A DNA stretch of 64,000 nt from Octopus vulgaris (Eukaryota): contig OX597834.1 of the NCBI GenBank assembly GCA_951406725.2, positions 41,912,001 to 41,976,000 on the forward strand, written 5' to 3'. Position numbers and translations under genes: made by a program. Below are positions 25,278 to 39,322 of the stretch, piece after piece. The notes below the pieces were generated by a model. That model was not told the origin of the DNA, searched no databases, and saw only the letters and a program-made list of their open reading frames with translations. Position 1 is the stretch's first letter. Each line of letters starts with the position of its first letter.

Positions 25278-25773
25278 GTTACATCCATGGCTTCAGCAGT
25301 ACCCAATAATGGATATTATCCTTACATCTCAGGTATTTTGTTTTCTATTTCTTTCACCTTGACCCAAACTTAAGTACTGCATTCTTAAATTTGCCCCCCT
25401 GGAATCAATAAGAGACAGTTCAGGTGAATTGACTTCTCTTAACGAGCTTTGTGAAATGTCAAAAGAATCGTTATTATCGTAATTTCACATTCCCCGAAGC
25501 TTGGTTCCTTGAAGAACGTGGCATTTAATCAAAAAGTGTCATACCTATTTTAATTGTTATCTTGTGTGTGTGTGTGTGTCTGCGCGCACGTGTGTGTGTA
25601 TGTGTGTGTCTGTCTGTGTGTATACATATTTCTGTGTACATGTGTGTGTGTGTGCGCAATTCTGTGTATGTGTGTATGTCTGTGTTTGTGTGTCTATGTA
25701 TTTCTATGTACATGCGCGTGTGTGTGTGTGTGTGTGTGTACATAGGTTCAGTAATTTGTATTATATACATATG

Positions 25774-25969
25774 AGAGGGATGACCACTATGTGGACAACC
25801 CTTATGCTAGAAGTAGATCTGCTATGGACTTACCACTAAGAAATGTTCTCAAGAAAAATTTAGCAAATTTTAGTGTTTGCTAAATTTTTCTTGAGAACAT
25901 TTCTTAGTGGTAAGACCATAGCAGATCTACTTCTAGCATAAGGGTTGTCCACATAGTGGTCATCCCTCT
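25774..25969. repeat. Near-perfect 94-bp-arm inverted repeat with 8-nt loop
   Basis: 25774-25867 pairs with 25876-25969 with one mismatch; outer extension ATATACATATGAG/CTCATATGTATAT. Confidence 0.95.
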
Positions 25970-26034
25970 TATATTCTCATATGTATATATAGTTAAGTTA
26001 AGTTAATTTTTTGGCTCAAAAAGCAAAAAGCAAG

Positions 26035-26077
<43 letters not shown>

Positions 26078-26081
<4 letters not shown>

Positions 26082-26462
26082 CATGCTGGAACACCGCCTT
26101 TAGTAGAGCAAATTGACCCCAGGACTTATTCTTTGTAACCCTAGTACTTATTCTATCGGTCTCTTTTGCCAAACTGCTAAGTTACAGGGACGTAAACACA
26201 CCAGCATCGGTTGTCAAGCAATGTTGGGCGGGGCCAAACACAGACACACAAACATATACACACACACACATACATACATATATATATATACATATATACG
26301 ACAGGCTTCTTTCAGTTTCCATCTACCAAATCCACTCTCAAGGCTTTGGTCGGCCCGAGGCTATAGTAGAAGACACTTGCCCAAGGTGCCACGCAGTGGG
26401 ACTGAACCCGGAATCATGTGGTTGGTAAGCAAGCTATTTACCACAGCCACTCCTACACCTTA
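26078..26462 (-). mobile_element. SINE family A
   Basis: Reverse complement of the family A consensus. Confidence 0.9.
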
Positions 26463-27122
26463 TATACATATATATATTACCATTTCTCTACTTCTTTTCA
26501 AGTGATGTGGAATAACCTAAATTCCACAGACATTCACGAGTTCAATGACTTCTGATTACATTATGTAAGCATAATAATCTACAGTGTAGGCTCTAATGAG
26601 ATAAGGATATTAATTACAGTTATGGTTGCTGAATATTAAATCATCATCATCATCATCACCGTCACCACTAACTTCAACATCCTCATCATCAACATCATTA
26701 TCATTTTAATGTCCCATTTTCCATGCTTTCATGGGTCAGACAGAATTTGTGGAGGCAGATTTTGTTTTTTCCCCTCCATCCAAAATGCCCTACTTGTTGC
26801 CAACAACCCTCACATGTTTCCAAGCAAGGTAATAATTGTTTTTTGTCTTTTGAGCAATGAATAACCAGGACATGGTCCAGAAACGTTTCTTCTTTTTTTT
26901 TTTATGGTTAAAAGACTCAGCAACATGTCAAGACATGTCAAGAAACCAAGAAATGCTTTCACGGTTGGCTGCAAACATATATAACATCCAAATACCACCT
27001 GTCTTCTGTAGTCAGGTTGTTTTGTTTACAGTTAACAAACACACAAAAGACAAGGAGAAAATATGAATCACACACACACACACTCTCTTTCTCTCTCTCT
27101 CTCTCTGTAGGCTTCTTCACTT

Positions 27123-27610
27123 TCTTATTTCTTTATTGACCACAAGGGGCTAAACATATAGGAGACAAACAAGGACAGACAAAGGTACTTAATTTATCAG
27201 CCCCGAAAGGATGAAAGACAAAGTCGACCTCGGCAGAATTTGAACTCACAACGTAACGGCAGACGAAATACTGGGCGAAATGCTTAGCGGTATTTTGTCT
27301 GCCACTACGTTGTGAGTTCAAATTCCGCCGAGGTCGACTTTGCCTTTCATCCTTTCGGGGTCGATAAATTAAGTACCAGTTATGCATTGGGGTCGATGTA
27401 ATTGACTTAATACCTATGTCTGTCCTTGTTTGTCTCCTCTGTGTTTAGCCCCTTGTGGGTAATAAAGAAATAGGTACTTATTTAATCGACCCCCGAAAGG
27501 ATGAAAGGCAAAGTCTACCTCGGCGGAATTTGAATTCAGAACGTAACGGCAGATGAAATACCACTAAGCATTTCACCCGGTGTGCTAATGTTTCTGCCAG
27601 CTTGCTGCCT
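27123..27610. mobile_element. Nest of SINE family C copies in -/+/- orientation
   Basis: Minus body 27123-27270, plus copy ~27272-27472, minus head ~27472-27610. Confidence 0.85.
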
Positions 27611-27716
27611 TCTTCACTTTCTGTTACCCAATTTCTCTCAGCTACAGTACAGAGCATTTGCTGATTATGTTGATACTGTAGGAATTGAAACCGTAATCAT
27701 GTGGTTCTGAAGCAGA

Positions 27717-27954
27717 CTGTGGCTGGGTGGTAAGAAGCTTGCTTCCCAACAACATGGTTCCAGGTTCAGTCCCACTATGTGGCACTTTAGGCAAGTGTCT
27801 TCTGCTATAGCCTCAGGGCAACAATAGCTTTATGAGTGGATTTGGTAGATGGAAACTGAAAGAAGCCCATTCTATGTATGTATATATATATATGTATGTA
27901 TTATATATAAAAACTACAAAAATACAAATGTTGTATATATATATATATATATAT

Positions 27955-28002
<48 letters not shown>

Positions 28003-28272
28003 AAATTTATATATATATATATTTATATACATATATATGTGTGTGTGTGTGTGTGTTGTTGCCTCTGTGTTTGACCCCACCAGTGCTTGACAAGCGGTGT
28101 TGGTGTATTTATATCCCTGCAACTTAGCAGTTTAGCAAAAGAGATTGATAAAATAAGTAGCAGTCTTAAAAAAAAAATTAAATAAATAAATACTGGGGTC
28201 GATTCATTTGATTGAAAATCCTTCAAGGTGGTGCCCCAGTATGGCCACAGTCTAATGACTGAAACAAGTAAA
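27717..28272 (+). mobile_element. Diverged SINE family A
   Basis: A box, B box, long (TA)n and the GACTGAAACAAGTAAA tail. Confidence 0.85.
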
Positions 28273-28307
28273 CGACCCCACCATGTGTGTGATTATTGAA
28301 TAATTAA

Positions 28308-28529
28308 CCCTTTCGTTACTGTATTTATTTTGAGATGCTCAAAATTTCTTTCAATTACTTTAAATATAACAAAGAATTTGGAAAAATAAAATTAGTTATC
28401 ATTAAGCTAGTGTTAGGAACATAAATTGTGACTAAGGTTTGGTGGTTAATTTTAATTCAAAACTTATGAAAACAAGACATTTGTACTACAGAGCCAGAGC
28501 CGGTTTTGGCCGGGTTGGTAACGAAAGGC
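28308..28529 (+). mobile_element. piggyBac-type MITE monomer with TTAA target-site duplication
   Basis: TTAA|CCCTTTCGTTAC...GTAACGAAAGGC|TTAA. Confidence 0.85.
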
Positions 28530-28851
28530 TTAAATACTTTCAGGGAAAGTACAAATGTACGCTGATCTCTTTTGTAACTTACCCAAGCTCTAACGGTATC
28601 ATACTTGCACAACCCGGATCCTCTCCTGCTAATTATTTAATATATGTATAATATATGTAACAGAAACTGTCAACTACTGACAGGTGATGCTTCAGTGCTC
28701 TTAAAATATAGCATTTCATATCTGTTCTTCCTGGTAACTACCCAGGTGCGTCTGTTTACCTATACAGTTCCTATTTGTCTGTCAGTCTGTCTGAGTGAGT
28801 TATGTTGCATCTTTTGTATACCCATAATTTACGATAGGTACACAGTACAGA

Positions 28852-29110
28852 GTGGAGGCACATGGCTTAGTGGTTAGAGCAGTGGACTCGCAGTCGAGGG
28901 ATTGCGGGTTTGAATCTCAGACCGGGCGATGTGTGTGTTTATGAGCGAAAATACCTAAGCTCCACGCGGCTCCAGCAGAGGGTAATGAGGAACTTCTGCT
29001 GAATCTTTCACCACAACTTTCTCTCATTCTTTGCTCACCTGCAACGGACCGGTGTCCCATCTAGGTGGGGAACCTATACACCAATGAAACCGGGAAACCA
29101 GTTTCATTGG
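28852..29110 (+). mobile_element. SINE family D
   Basis: GTGGAGGCACATGGCTTAGTGGTTAGAGCAGTGGACTCGC...GGTTTGAATCTCAGACC. Confidence 0.8.
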
Positions 29111-29150
29111 CGTATATATATATATGTATATATATATATGTGTGTATATG

Positions 29151-29194
<44 letters not shown>

Positions 29195-29848
29195 CACACA
29201 CACATACACACACATACATACACACGCACACACATCCAGGGTAACTCCACAAACGAATGCAATGCTGTTACTCAATCGGTGAAATCAACTTTTCCAAGAA
29301 CCAGCAACAACCGAATCAATGTCTTTTAGCATCAAACTGAAATAAACACGAGCGTCTGTGTTAGTCGAGATGAGAGAGAGGCCAGTGGTCCAGCCCGACT
29401 GCATTCCAACAACAGCAACCGACAAATGGATAAGGAAACGTGTTGCGAAGCACACAACCTGACGACATTACGGTTGCATTATTGTGCAGATGGCTGTTTT
29501 GAAGGTCAGTCAGTAGCCGTGTGCCATATAAAACAGCTGATGTACTTCTAGGTTTATTAATAGCTGCCAGGGAAAACTTGGTTGCTTAGAATAACTTGAA
29601 GAAGATTAAGGTACAGTGTTAGCATGGTATAATGTTTGATGTAAAGTCTTTCTGCTAGCATTTCGGAGTAATTCTGGAGTATCTTGTAACGATGAGTCAG
29701 TAATATGCACTCTTTGGATGAGCATACTTATTTGTAAACACACACATATGCGAAGACATAGATGCTCATGCACACACATGAAGACATAGGTGCTTATGCA
29801 CACACATGAAGACATAGGTGCTTATGCACATACATACACACATACACA

Positions 29849-30015
29849 TAGGCGCAGGAGTGGCTGTGTGGTAAGTAGTTTGCTTACCAACCACATGGTT
29901 CCGGGTTCAGTCCTACTGCGTGGCACCTTGGGCAAGTGTCTTCTACTATAGCCTCGGGCCGACCAAAGCCTTGTGAGTGGATTTGAGAGACGGAAACTGA
30001 AAGAAGCCCGTCGTA

Positions 30016-30059
<44 letters not shown>

Positions 30060-30282
30060 TGTGTGTGTTTGTGTGTCTGTGTTTGTCCCCCCATCATCGC
30101 TCGACAACCGATGTTGGTGTGTTTATGTCCCTGTTACTTAGCGGTTCGGCAAAAAGAGACCGATAGAATAAGTACTGGGCTTACAAAAAGAATAAGTCCC
30201 GGGGTCGAGTTGCTCGATTAAAGGCAGTGCTCCAGCATGGCCGCAGTCAAATGACTGAAACAAGTAAAAGAGTAAAAGAGTA
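29849..30282 (+). mobile_element. SINE family A, full length, 10-bp TSD
   Basis: ATACACATAG at 29842-29851 and again at 30283-30292. Confidence 0.92.
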
Positions 30283-30337
30283 ATACACATAGACGTGATG
30301 GACTCGCTGTAATATCTCAGTAGAGAAAGCTACATTC

Positions 30338-30650
30338 TTTTATTCTTTTATTTGTTTCAGTCGTTTGACTGCGGTCATGCTGGAGCACTGCCTTTAGATG
30401 AGCAAATTGACCCCAGTACTTATTCTATCAGGCTCTTTTGCTGAACCACTAAGTTATGGGGATGTAAACTCATCAACATCGGTTGTGAAGCAATGGTTGG
30501 GGGATAAACACAGACACACATGCGCACACACACACACACACACACACATACATATAAACGACGGGCTTCTTTTAATTTCTATCTACCAAATCCACTCACA
30601 AGGCTTTGGTTGGCCCAAGGCTATAGTAGAAGACACTTGCCCAAGGTGCC
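30338..30650 (-). mobile_element. SINE family A, 5'-truncated, tail-to-tail with the previous copy
   Basis: Reverse-complement tail at 30340-30400; body extends to 30650. Confidence 0.85.
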
Positions 30651-32296
30651 CAAGGTGGCCATGTCTCTTCTCTAATGCAAGACACCTTTTTTTGGTCCCT
30701 CCTTACTTTTCCCCCTGCCTTGTCCTTGTCCTGCAAGTTAATTTGTGACCCCACTGCTGCTGGTGCAACAGTGAGAAGAGACGCATCCAGTACACTCCAT
30801 AAAGAGGTTAGCATTAGGAAGGGCATCCAGCTGTAGAAACCTTGCTGAAGCAGACAATGGGGCTTGGTGCAGTCTTCTGACTTGTCTGTTCCAGTCAAAC
30901 CATCCGACCCATGCCAGCATAGAAAACGGACGTTAAATGATAATACGGGCAGTCAAAGGTAAATTTACACTCCTCAGTTTTGAATTAGGAATATCAATGG
31001 TTCACATTTAAATAATATTCAGTCAGGAAGAAGAGACTGGTAATAATTTATCATAAATTTGTATTTCATTCTCTCATGCAGGGGTCTCCAATCACCAGGC
31101 CATGGTTCAGTACCAGGCTGCTCCACAGAAAGAATACATTTTAAAAATTTACTAGACTACCTGTGATCTGTTGGGTCACTGGGAAACTCTGAGTTTCCCA
31201 GCAATGGAGTTTTGTTTTGTGGGTCTTTTCTTTTCCAGGTTATTTTGCATGCTTTCAACGAATGTGACATCGAAAGGTTAGAGTTTCTTCCTTTTCGGAA
31301 TGAAGTTAAATTCAGAACTTTTTCCCATTCTGCACCATTTTAGGTATTTGTACAGCCACACCCCAAATATCTCAATAACTACTGCTCTGATTTACGCAAA
31401 ATTGTTTCATTCCGTTCTTATTAACATTTCAGTTAATTCATAGTATTTTCTCATTATGCTCCAGTTTGGCTGAGTAACATTGCAAGCAAGCAAGCAATAT
31501 TATATTTAGATGTGCTGAATTTATACTAATAGCTAGGCTCAGAAGGAAGAGCGCCTAAAGATGAAATTGTCGCTGAAAAATTTCTAGCTGAATGAATCAG
31601 CCTGGTATATATTCTATCGATCTCTTTTACCAAACCGCTAAGTTATGAGAATGTAAACACCCCAACATCAGTTGTCAAGTGGTTGCGGAGGACACGCACT
31701 GGTGCCATTTGCTTGATGCTTGTATCTTCCACAACTGCGATTTTACACACACACACATATACATACGACAGTCTTCTTTTGGTTTCTGTCTGCTAAATCT
31801 ATTCACAAGGCTTTGGTTAGCCTGAGGTTGTTGTGGAATGCACCTACCCAAGGTGCCATGCAATGCAATGGTACCTGGAGCTATGTGGGTGACAAGCAGG
31901 CTTCTTATCATACAACCACAGCTGTGCCTTTACTTTAAAAGTAAAAAAAAGAAAGAATGGAAAAGAAATCGTCAGATTTTTAGAATGCTCATATAACCAT
32001 TAATTCTGCTACAGAAAGCTTTGACAAATTTGGTTGAAAAACATCGAGATTTGGAAGTTGAGATATCAAGTTGCAGTGTGTGAAAATATTAGTTGTTGTT
32101 TGAAGTTTTTGCTGTTCAGTATTTGTTTGTTTTTTTATTGTTAATCTGCTTCAAAGCAGAGAATCCTCTGAGTCTGCGTAATATATATTGTGCCAACCTC
32201 CTCTCTTTTCTGTTTTTCTTGTCATTTATACTTTGGTCTCTGCAGGCATATTCCTGCTATCAATTTGCAACAAGATGGATTTAATATTGCTCTACC

Positions 32297-32337
<41 letters not shown>

Positions 32338-33143
32338 TTCTTCTTCTTCTTCTTCTTCTTCTTCTTCTTCTTCTTCTTCTTCTTCTTCTTCTTCTTCTTC
32401 TTCTTCTCAAAGATATGGGTTACCTACATCTCTAGGGCATTCGTACTTACCTCTTTCATATCTTTTAATTCTTTTAGCCACAGGCCTGCTGCAGCTGAAC
32501 TGGGCCACCACCAAGAAGGGGTTTTGTTGAGAAAAATCAACCCCAGTATTTGTTTCTTTTCTTAGTCTGGTGTTTATTCTGTTCATATCTTCAGCTGAAC
32601 TAAGTTACAGGGATGTAAACAAACCAACACCGGTTGTCAAGCAGTGAAGGGTGGAAGTGGACAAACACATACACACACACACATGATGTGCACACGCACA
32701 CACACACATCTATCTATCTATCTATCTACCTATCTATCTATCTAGCTATCTCTCTATCTATCTATGATGGGTTAATGGGCTTCCACACAGTTTCCATTTT
32801 ACAAAATTCTCTTACAAGGCATTTGTTGGTCCAGGGTTATGATAGTATGTTAAAATGATGTTGATGAAACTGGAGCCCTGGTCCAAATGTTAAAGATAAC
32901 CAAGGGCCAAGTAGTCATATTTAATCAGGCAGTGGATTAGTTAGACCTGCCATACAAGAATAGGGAGAAGCCTACATCCAGTGTGTAGGCTTCTGCATAG
33001 TTTCCCATTTACCAAATTTCACTCACAAAAGCTTGGGTTGATTTAAGAACTTGATCTAAGAAACTTGCTCAAGGTCCAGTACAATGGAACCAAACCCTTA
33101 AAAACTACATGACCACTTGGTAAACTCCTGAACACAAGCAGCA

Positions 33144-33167
33144 TCTCTATATATATAAACGTCAAAA

Positions 33168-33204
<37 letters not shown>

Positions 33205-33529
33205 CCTTTATACAAATCCACAATTTTTCAGTTAGAGGTCTCACACTTTCTATGGTCATTCAAAACCGTCCAAGGGTGGTCGTGCACATCTTTACATTTC
33301 CCCAGTCACCCCGCAAAGCCATTAAAAAATCAATAGAAGTGACTTTTTTGTGAATTTTCTATCTAAAACCCAATCAAAATGCCTGAAACTTGATACGCCA
33401 ATTGAATGCCAGCTAGCTGTATGTGATTGGTCGGGGATTTGGACAGAACTCGCGTGTATGTGCGCACGCATGCAGCTGTATATGCACGCACTAGCACTAT
33501 GACCTGGTGTTGCCGGGTCATAGTGCTAG
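33144..33529 (+). mobile_element. Non-autonomous Helitron
   Basis: A|TC 5' end, (TG)n tract, 18-bp 3' hairpin (33490-33530) and CTAG|T terminus, with no TSD. Confidence 0.75.
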
Positions 33530-34005
33530 TCTTCTTTTATAATATTTACTTCCAGAAGAGTCACATTCAACTTGTTTGTCTTTCTCCTTTGTAGGAGACT
33601 TGCACCATCTGTGTTTAATTTCTTTCTAACATCACAGAAGCAAGTGGCTAAGTGTATATGGTATTGCATAACTATTTTACACTGGTTCTCACGTCAAATG
33701 CACAGCAAGAATTCCACAGTATTTATTCAAATGGTTAACTCAATTCTTCAAACTTTCATTAATTTATGTTATTTTAATCTTTTAACGGTTTCAGTTGCAG
33801 GATGCCGGTCACGAGGGGCACCAGCTTCTTTGATGACTGGTGTCAATTATAACTGCTTCTAGTATTTTGTCAGATGTTTTTCTATGGAGGCTGTACGGGG
33901 ATGTAGATTATACAGAGTCAAAAGACTGTAAATGACATGGAACTAAACACCACATGATGTTTCTGTTCAATGCCCCAATTCTGCTGTCCTACCCTGGTTT
34001 ATGGG

Positions 34006-34067
34006 TGCATGCATGCATATATGTATGTATGTATGTGTATGTATGTATGTATGTATGTGTATGTATG

Positions 34068-34101
<34 letters not shown>

Positions 34102-34462
34102 TATATGTATATATGTATGTATGTGTATGTATGTATGCATGTATGTGTATGTATGTATGTATGTATATATGTATGTATGTGTGTGTATGTATGTATGCAT
34201 ATATGTATGTATGTGTGTGTATGTATGTATGCTGTATATATGCATGTATGTATGTATGTATGTATGTATGTATGTATGTATATATGCATGTATGCATGCA
34301 TGTATGTATGTATGTATGTATGTATGTATGTATGTATGTATATATGCATGTATGCATGCATGTATGTATGTATGTATGTATGTATGTATGCATGTATGCA
34401 TGTATGTATGTATGTATGCATGTATGTATGTATATATGCATGCATGTATGTATGTATGTTTG

Positions 34463-34496
<34 letters not shown>

Positions 34497-35230
34497 TGTA
34501 TGTATGTATGTATGTATGTATATATGCATGTATGTATGTATGTATGTATGTATGTATGTATGTATGCATGCATGCATGTATGTATGTATGTATGTATGTA
34601 TGTATGTATGTATGTATGTATGTATGTATGTATGTATGTATGCATGCATGTATGTATGCATGTATGTATGTATGTATGTATGTATGTATGTATGCATGTA
34701 TGCATGTATGTATGTATGTATGTATGTATGTATGTATGTATGTATGTATGCATGCATGCATGCATGCATGCATGCATGTATGTATGTATGTATGTATGTA
34801 TGTATGTATGTATGCATGCATGCATGCATGCATGCATGTATGTATGTATGTATGTATGTATGTATGCATGCATGCATGCATACATACATACATACATACA
34901 TACATACATACATACATACATACATGCATGCATGCATACATACATACATACATACATACATACATACATACATACATACATACATACATACATACAAACA
35001 TACATACATACATACATACATACATACATACATACATACATGCATGCATATATACATACATACATACATACATACATACATACATACATACATACATGCA
35101 TCCATACATACATACATACATACATACATACATGCATATATACATACATACATACATACATACATACATACATACATACATACATACATACATACATGCA
35201 TGCATACATGCATATATACATACATACATA
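34006..35230. repeat. (TATG)n-(TGCA)n-(TACA)n microsatellite that inverts on itself
   Basis: Strand switch at ~34865-34885 across (TGCA)n. Confidence 0.92.
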
Positions 35231-35320
35231 TTGTTGTGGATTTTGTAATGGTGGGGGTCACATTTTTGCAGCTTGCCCCAGGCATGGTTTACCCTAGCTA
35301 TGCCACTTTTGGTATGTTAA

Positions 35321-35795
35321 CCCTTTCATTACAAACCTAGCAGAAACTGCCTCTTGCTCTGTAATATAAATGTCTTGTTTCCAAAAGTTTAGAATTAAAA
35401 TCTTCCACCAAACCTTAGTCACAATTTATGTTCCTAACACTAGCTTAGTGATAACTAAGTTGTTTTACTAAATTCTTTGTTATATTTAAAATTAATTGAA
35501 AGAAACACAGAGCATCTCAACAGAAATATGGTAACAAAAGGGTTAAAAAATATAATAGAGAAACAATTCTTAACCCTTTTGATACCAACCTGGCTGAAAC
35601 TGCCTCTCGCTCTGTAGTACAAATGTCTTGTTTTCATAAGTTTTGAATTAAAATCTTCCACCAAACCTTAGTCACAATTTCTGCTCCTAACACTAACTTA
35701 ATGATAATCAAGTTATTTTACTAAATTCTTTGTTATATTTAAAATTAACTGAAAGAAACACAGAGCATCTCAAAATAAATACAGTAACGAAAGGG
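35321..35795 (-). mobile_element. piggyBac-type MITE dimer (left palindrome arm)
   Basis: Two TTAA-bounded units, 35321-35542 and 35574-35795. Confidence 0.85.
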
Positions 35796-37903
35796 TTAAT
35801 GTTAGTAAATGTTTAAGTGAAAATTTGAAAAGGGTTGAATTTTCAAGTGAAAAAAAAAAAGGAAACTGGTTAACATGAACTTTACAGGCACATTCTGTAA
35901 GTGGAAAAGTTAAGATATGTGAGACTTTCATAAAGTTTGATATTTAGCCATTGTTGTTGTTGTGATCCAAAATCAGTGATAGGAGTGTTTGTTTGTTTGT
36001 GAGAAACCAGTTTCTTTTTAATAGAAAGAATACTAACAAATGAAAGAAAAAGTAGGTCTGTGTACATACATTTTTGGTTATTAATATTTTTCCCAGACGG
36101 AGGGAGTTGGCTTCTAGTAATACATGCATGGATGCACATACACACATACATACACTTAAGCATATAGACATGTATACATACATATATGTATACATACACA
36201 CATATATGCATACATACACACATATATGCATGCATAGATATATACATACATGCATACATACATTTCATACATATATGCATACAAAGATGCATACATAGAT
36301 GCATACATACATACAAACATAAGAATATACACATGTATACATACATACATATATGTATACATACATATATGAATACATACATATATGCATGCATAGATAC
36401 ATACATACATGCATACACACATACTTCCATGCATACATACAAACATACATACATACATGCATATGCACATGCATACATACATGCATATATACATACATAC
36501 ATACATACATCATACATACATACATACATACATACATGCTTATATACATGCATACATACATACATACATACATACATACATACATGCATGCATGCATGCA
36601 TGCATACATACATACATACATACATACATACATACATGCATATGCACATGCATACATACATACATACATACATACATACATACATACATGCATGCATGCA
36701 CGCATGCATGCATACATACATGCATGCATGCATGCATGCATGCATGCATGCATACATACATACATACATACATACATACATACATGCATGCATGCATGCA
36801 TGCATACATACATACATGAATGCATGCATGCATGTATGTATGCATGCATGCATGTATGCATGCATGTATGCATGTATGCATGCATGCATGCATGTATGTA
36901 TGTATGTATGTATGTATGTATGCATGCATGCATGCATGTATGCATGCGTGCATGCATGCGTGCACGCATGCATGTATGCACATATGCATGCATGCATGCA
37001 TGCATACATGCATGCATGCATGCATGTATGTATGTATGTATGTATGCATGTGCATATGCATGTATGTATGTATGTATGTATGTATGCATGCATGCATGCA
37101 TGCATGCATGCATGTATGTATGCATGTATGTATGTATGTATGTATGTATGCATGTATATAAGCATGTATGTATGTATGTATGTATGTATGTATGTATATA
37201 TGCATGTATGTATGCATGTGCATATGCATGTATGTATGTATGTTTGTATGTATGCATGGAAGTATGTGTGTATGCATGTATGTATGTATCTATGCATGCA
37301 TATATGTATGTATGCATATATGTATGTATACATATATGTATGTATGTATACATGTGTATATTCTTATGTTTGTATGTATGTATGCATCTATGTATGCATC
37401 TTTGTATGCATATATGTATGAAATGTATGTATGCATGTATGTATATATCTATGCATGCATATATGTGTGTATGTATGCATATATGTGTGTATGTATACAT
37501 ATATGTATGTATACATGTCTATATGCTTAAGTGTATGTATGTGTGTATGTGCATCCATGCATGCATTCACTCATGTATTACTAGAAGCCAACTCCCTCCT
37601 TCTGGGAAAAATATTAATAACCAAAAATGTATGTACACAGACCTACTTTTTCTTTCATTTGTTAGTATTCTTTCTATTAAAAAGAAACTGGTTTCTCACA
37701 AACAAACAAACACTCCTATCACTGATTTTGGATCACAACAACAACAATGGCTAAATATCAAACTTTATGAAAGTCTCACATATCTTAACTTTTCCACTTA
37801 TAGAATGTGCCTGTAAAGTTCATGTTAACCAGTTTCCTTTTTTTTTTTTCACTTGAAAATTCAACCCTTTTCAAATTTTCACTTAAACATTTACTAACAT
37901 TAA

Positions 37904-38378
37904 CCCTTTCGTTACTGTATTTATTTTGAGATGCTCTGTGTTTCTTTCAGTTAATTTTAAATATAACAAAGAATTTAGTAAAATAACTTGATTATCATTA
38001 AGTTAGTGTTAGGAGCAGAAATTGTGACTAAGGTTTGGTGGAAGATTTTAATTCAAAACTTATGAAAACAAGACATTTGTACTACAGAGCGAGAGGCAGT
38101 TTCAGCCAGGTTGGTATCAAAAGGGTTAAGAATTGTTTCTCTATTATATTTTTTAACCCTTTTGTTACCATATTTCTGTTGAGATGCTCTGTGTTTCTTT
38201 CAATTAATTTTAAATATAACAAAGAATTTAGTAAAACAACTTAGTTATCACTAAGCTAGTGTTAGGAACATAAATTGTGACTAAGGTTTGGTGGAAGATT
38301 TTAATTCTAAACTTTTGGAAACAAGACATTTATACTACAGAGCCAGAGGCAGTTTCTGCTAGGTTGGTAATGAAAGGG
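37904..38378 (+). mobile_element. piggyBac-type MITE dimer (right palindrome arm)
   Basis: Mirror image of 35321-35795. Confidence 0.85.
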
Positions 38379-38390
38379 TTAACATACCAA

Positions 38391-39322
38391 AAGTGGCATA
38401 GCTAGGGTAAACCATGCCTGGGGCAAGCTGCAAAAATGTGACCCCCACCATTACAAAATCCACAACATTATACAGTATTTATATGTTACAAGTAATTAAT
38501 GTTTTTAGGCAGTATTTTAGGAATAAATACCTTACCAGGGTTCATTCACCTGGCGGTTCAGTACAACCTGTAATTCAAAATATATTTTTTTAATGTTTGT
38601 TTTTATGAAACCTCCTTGTTTTTAGTGTTTAACGCACCAGCTTCTCTGATTGAAGTATTAAAAAAACCGGCGAAGTTTCAGTTGTCGTAGCACACGTTTC
38701 CATCGATTTCCGTAAAAAACTTTTATTTTTTTACATATGGCTTTGCGGGAATATTTGAAGTAATGAGAGCGAAAGAGACTAAGAGGAAGCGATTTTATGA
38801 CGAGGGAATTTCTTTTTGAAGTCCCCGTGTGTGTGTTTGATGGGGTGTGGGAGACAGACAGTATGTTGTGTAAGTGAAGTGCTTCTGTTAGTGTGTGTGA
38901 AGGGACAGAGAGAGTAATGTGTGAAAGAGAGAGATAACTGAAATTTTTTACTCGGTGTATGTGTATATGTATGTGTGTGTGTGTATGTATCTATGTATGT
39001 GTGTGTGTGTATGTATGTGTGTGTGTATGTATGTGTGTATGTATGTATGTATGTATGTATGTATGTATGTATGGCCAATACAGTGTTTACATTTTTTACG
39101 GAAATTGACGGAGGAAATCGACAATCGACGGAGGAAATCGACGGAAATGTGTGCAACGACAAACGAAACATCGCCAAAAAACCTAATGTGTGAAAAGAAA
39201 TGTAATAAAAAAAAATACAATTGTTTAAAGTCTCATCTTTCTTGCTTTTGATGAGGCGCCCCCTGCTTTAATTTGCATCTGGGGCACGTGTCCCCCCTTG
39301 CTCCACTCCAGTTAAGCTACTG
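38391..39322. mobile_element. Non-autonomous DNA transposon (hAT-like, CAGTGGCGTAGC-type TIR)
   Basis: Left end AAGTGGCATAGCTAGG, right end CCAGTTAAGCTACTG, with subterminal GGGGCA...CCCC motifs at both ends. Confidence 0.6.

Larger units (their letters stand above)
35232..38467. repeat. ~3.2-kb palindrome (inverted duplication)
   Basis: 35232-~36120 is the reverse complement of ~37577-38467 with few substitutions; the inner microsatellite variants are also mirrored; centre ~36850. Confidence 0.95.

Noticed and set aside
29740-29830. 28-bp tandem repeat, ~3 copies
   Set aside because: An ordinary short minisatellite in CA-rich sequence with no sign of function.
33954-37816. 400-490 aa ORFs rich in MYVC/HTYI (also at 19415-20423 and 15857-16668)
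   Set aside because: These are translations of TATG/TACA/TATC microsatellites, which lack stop codons; there is no evidence of coding.
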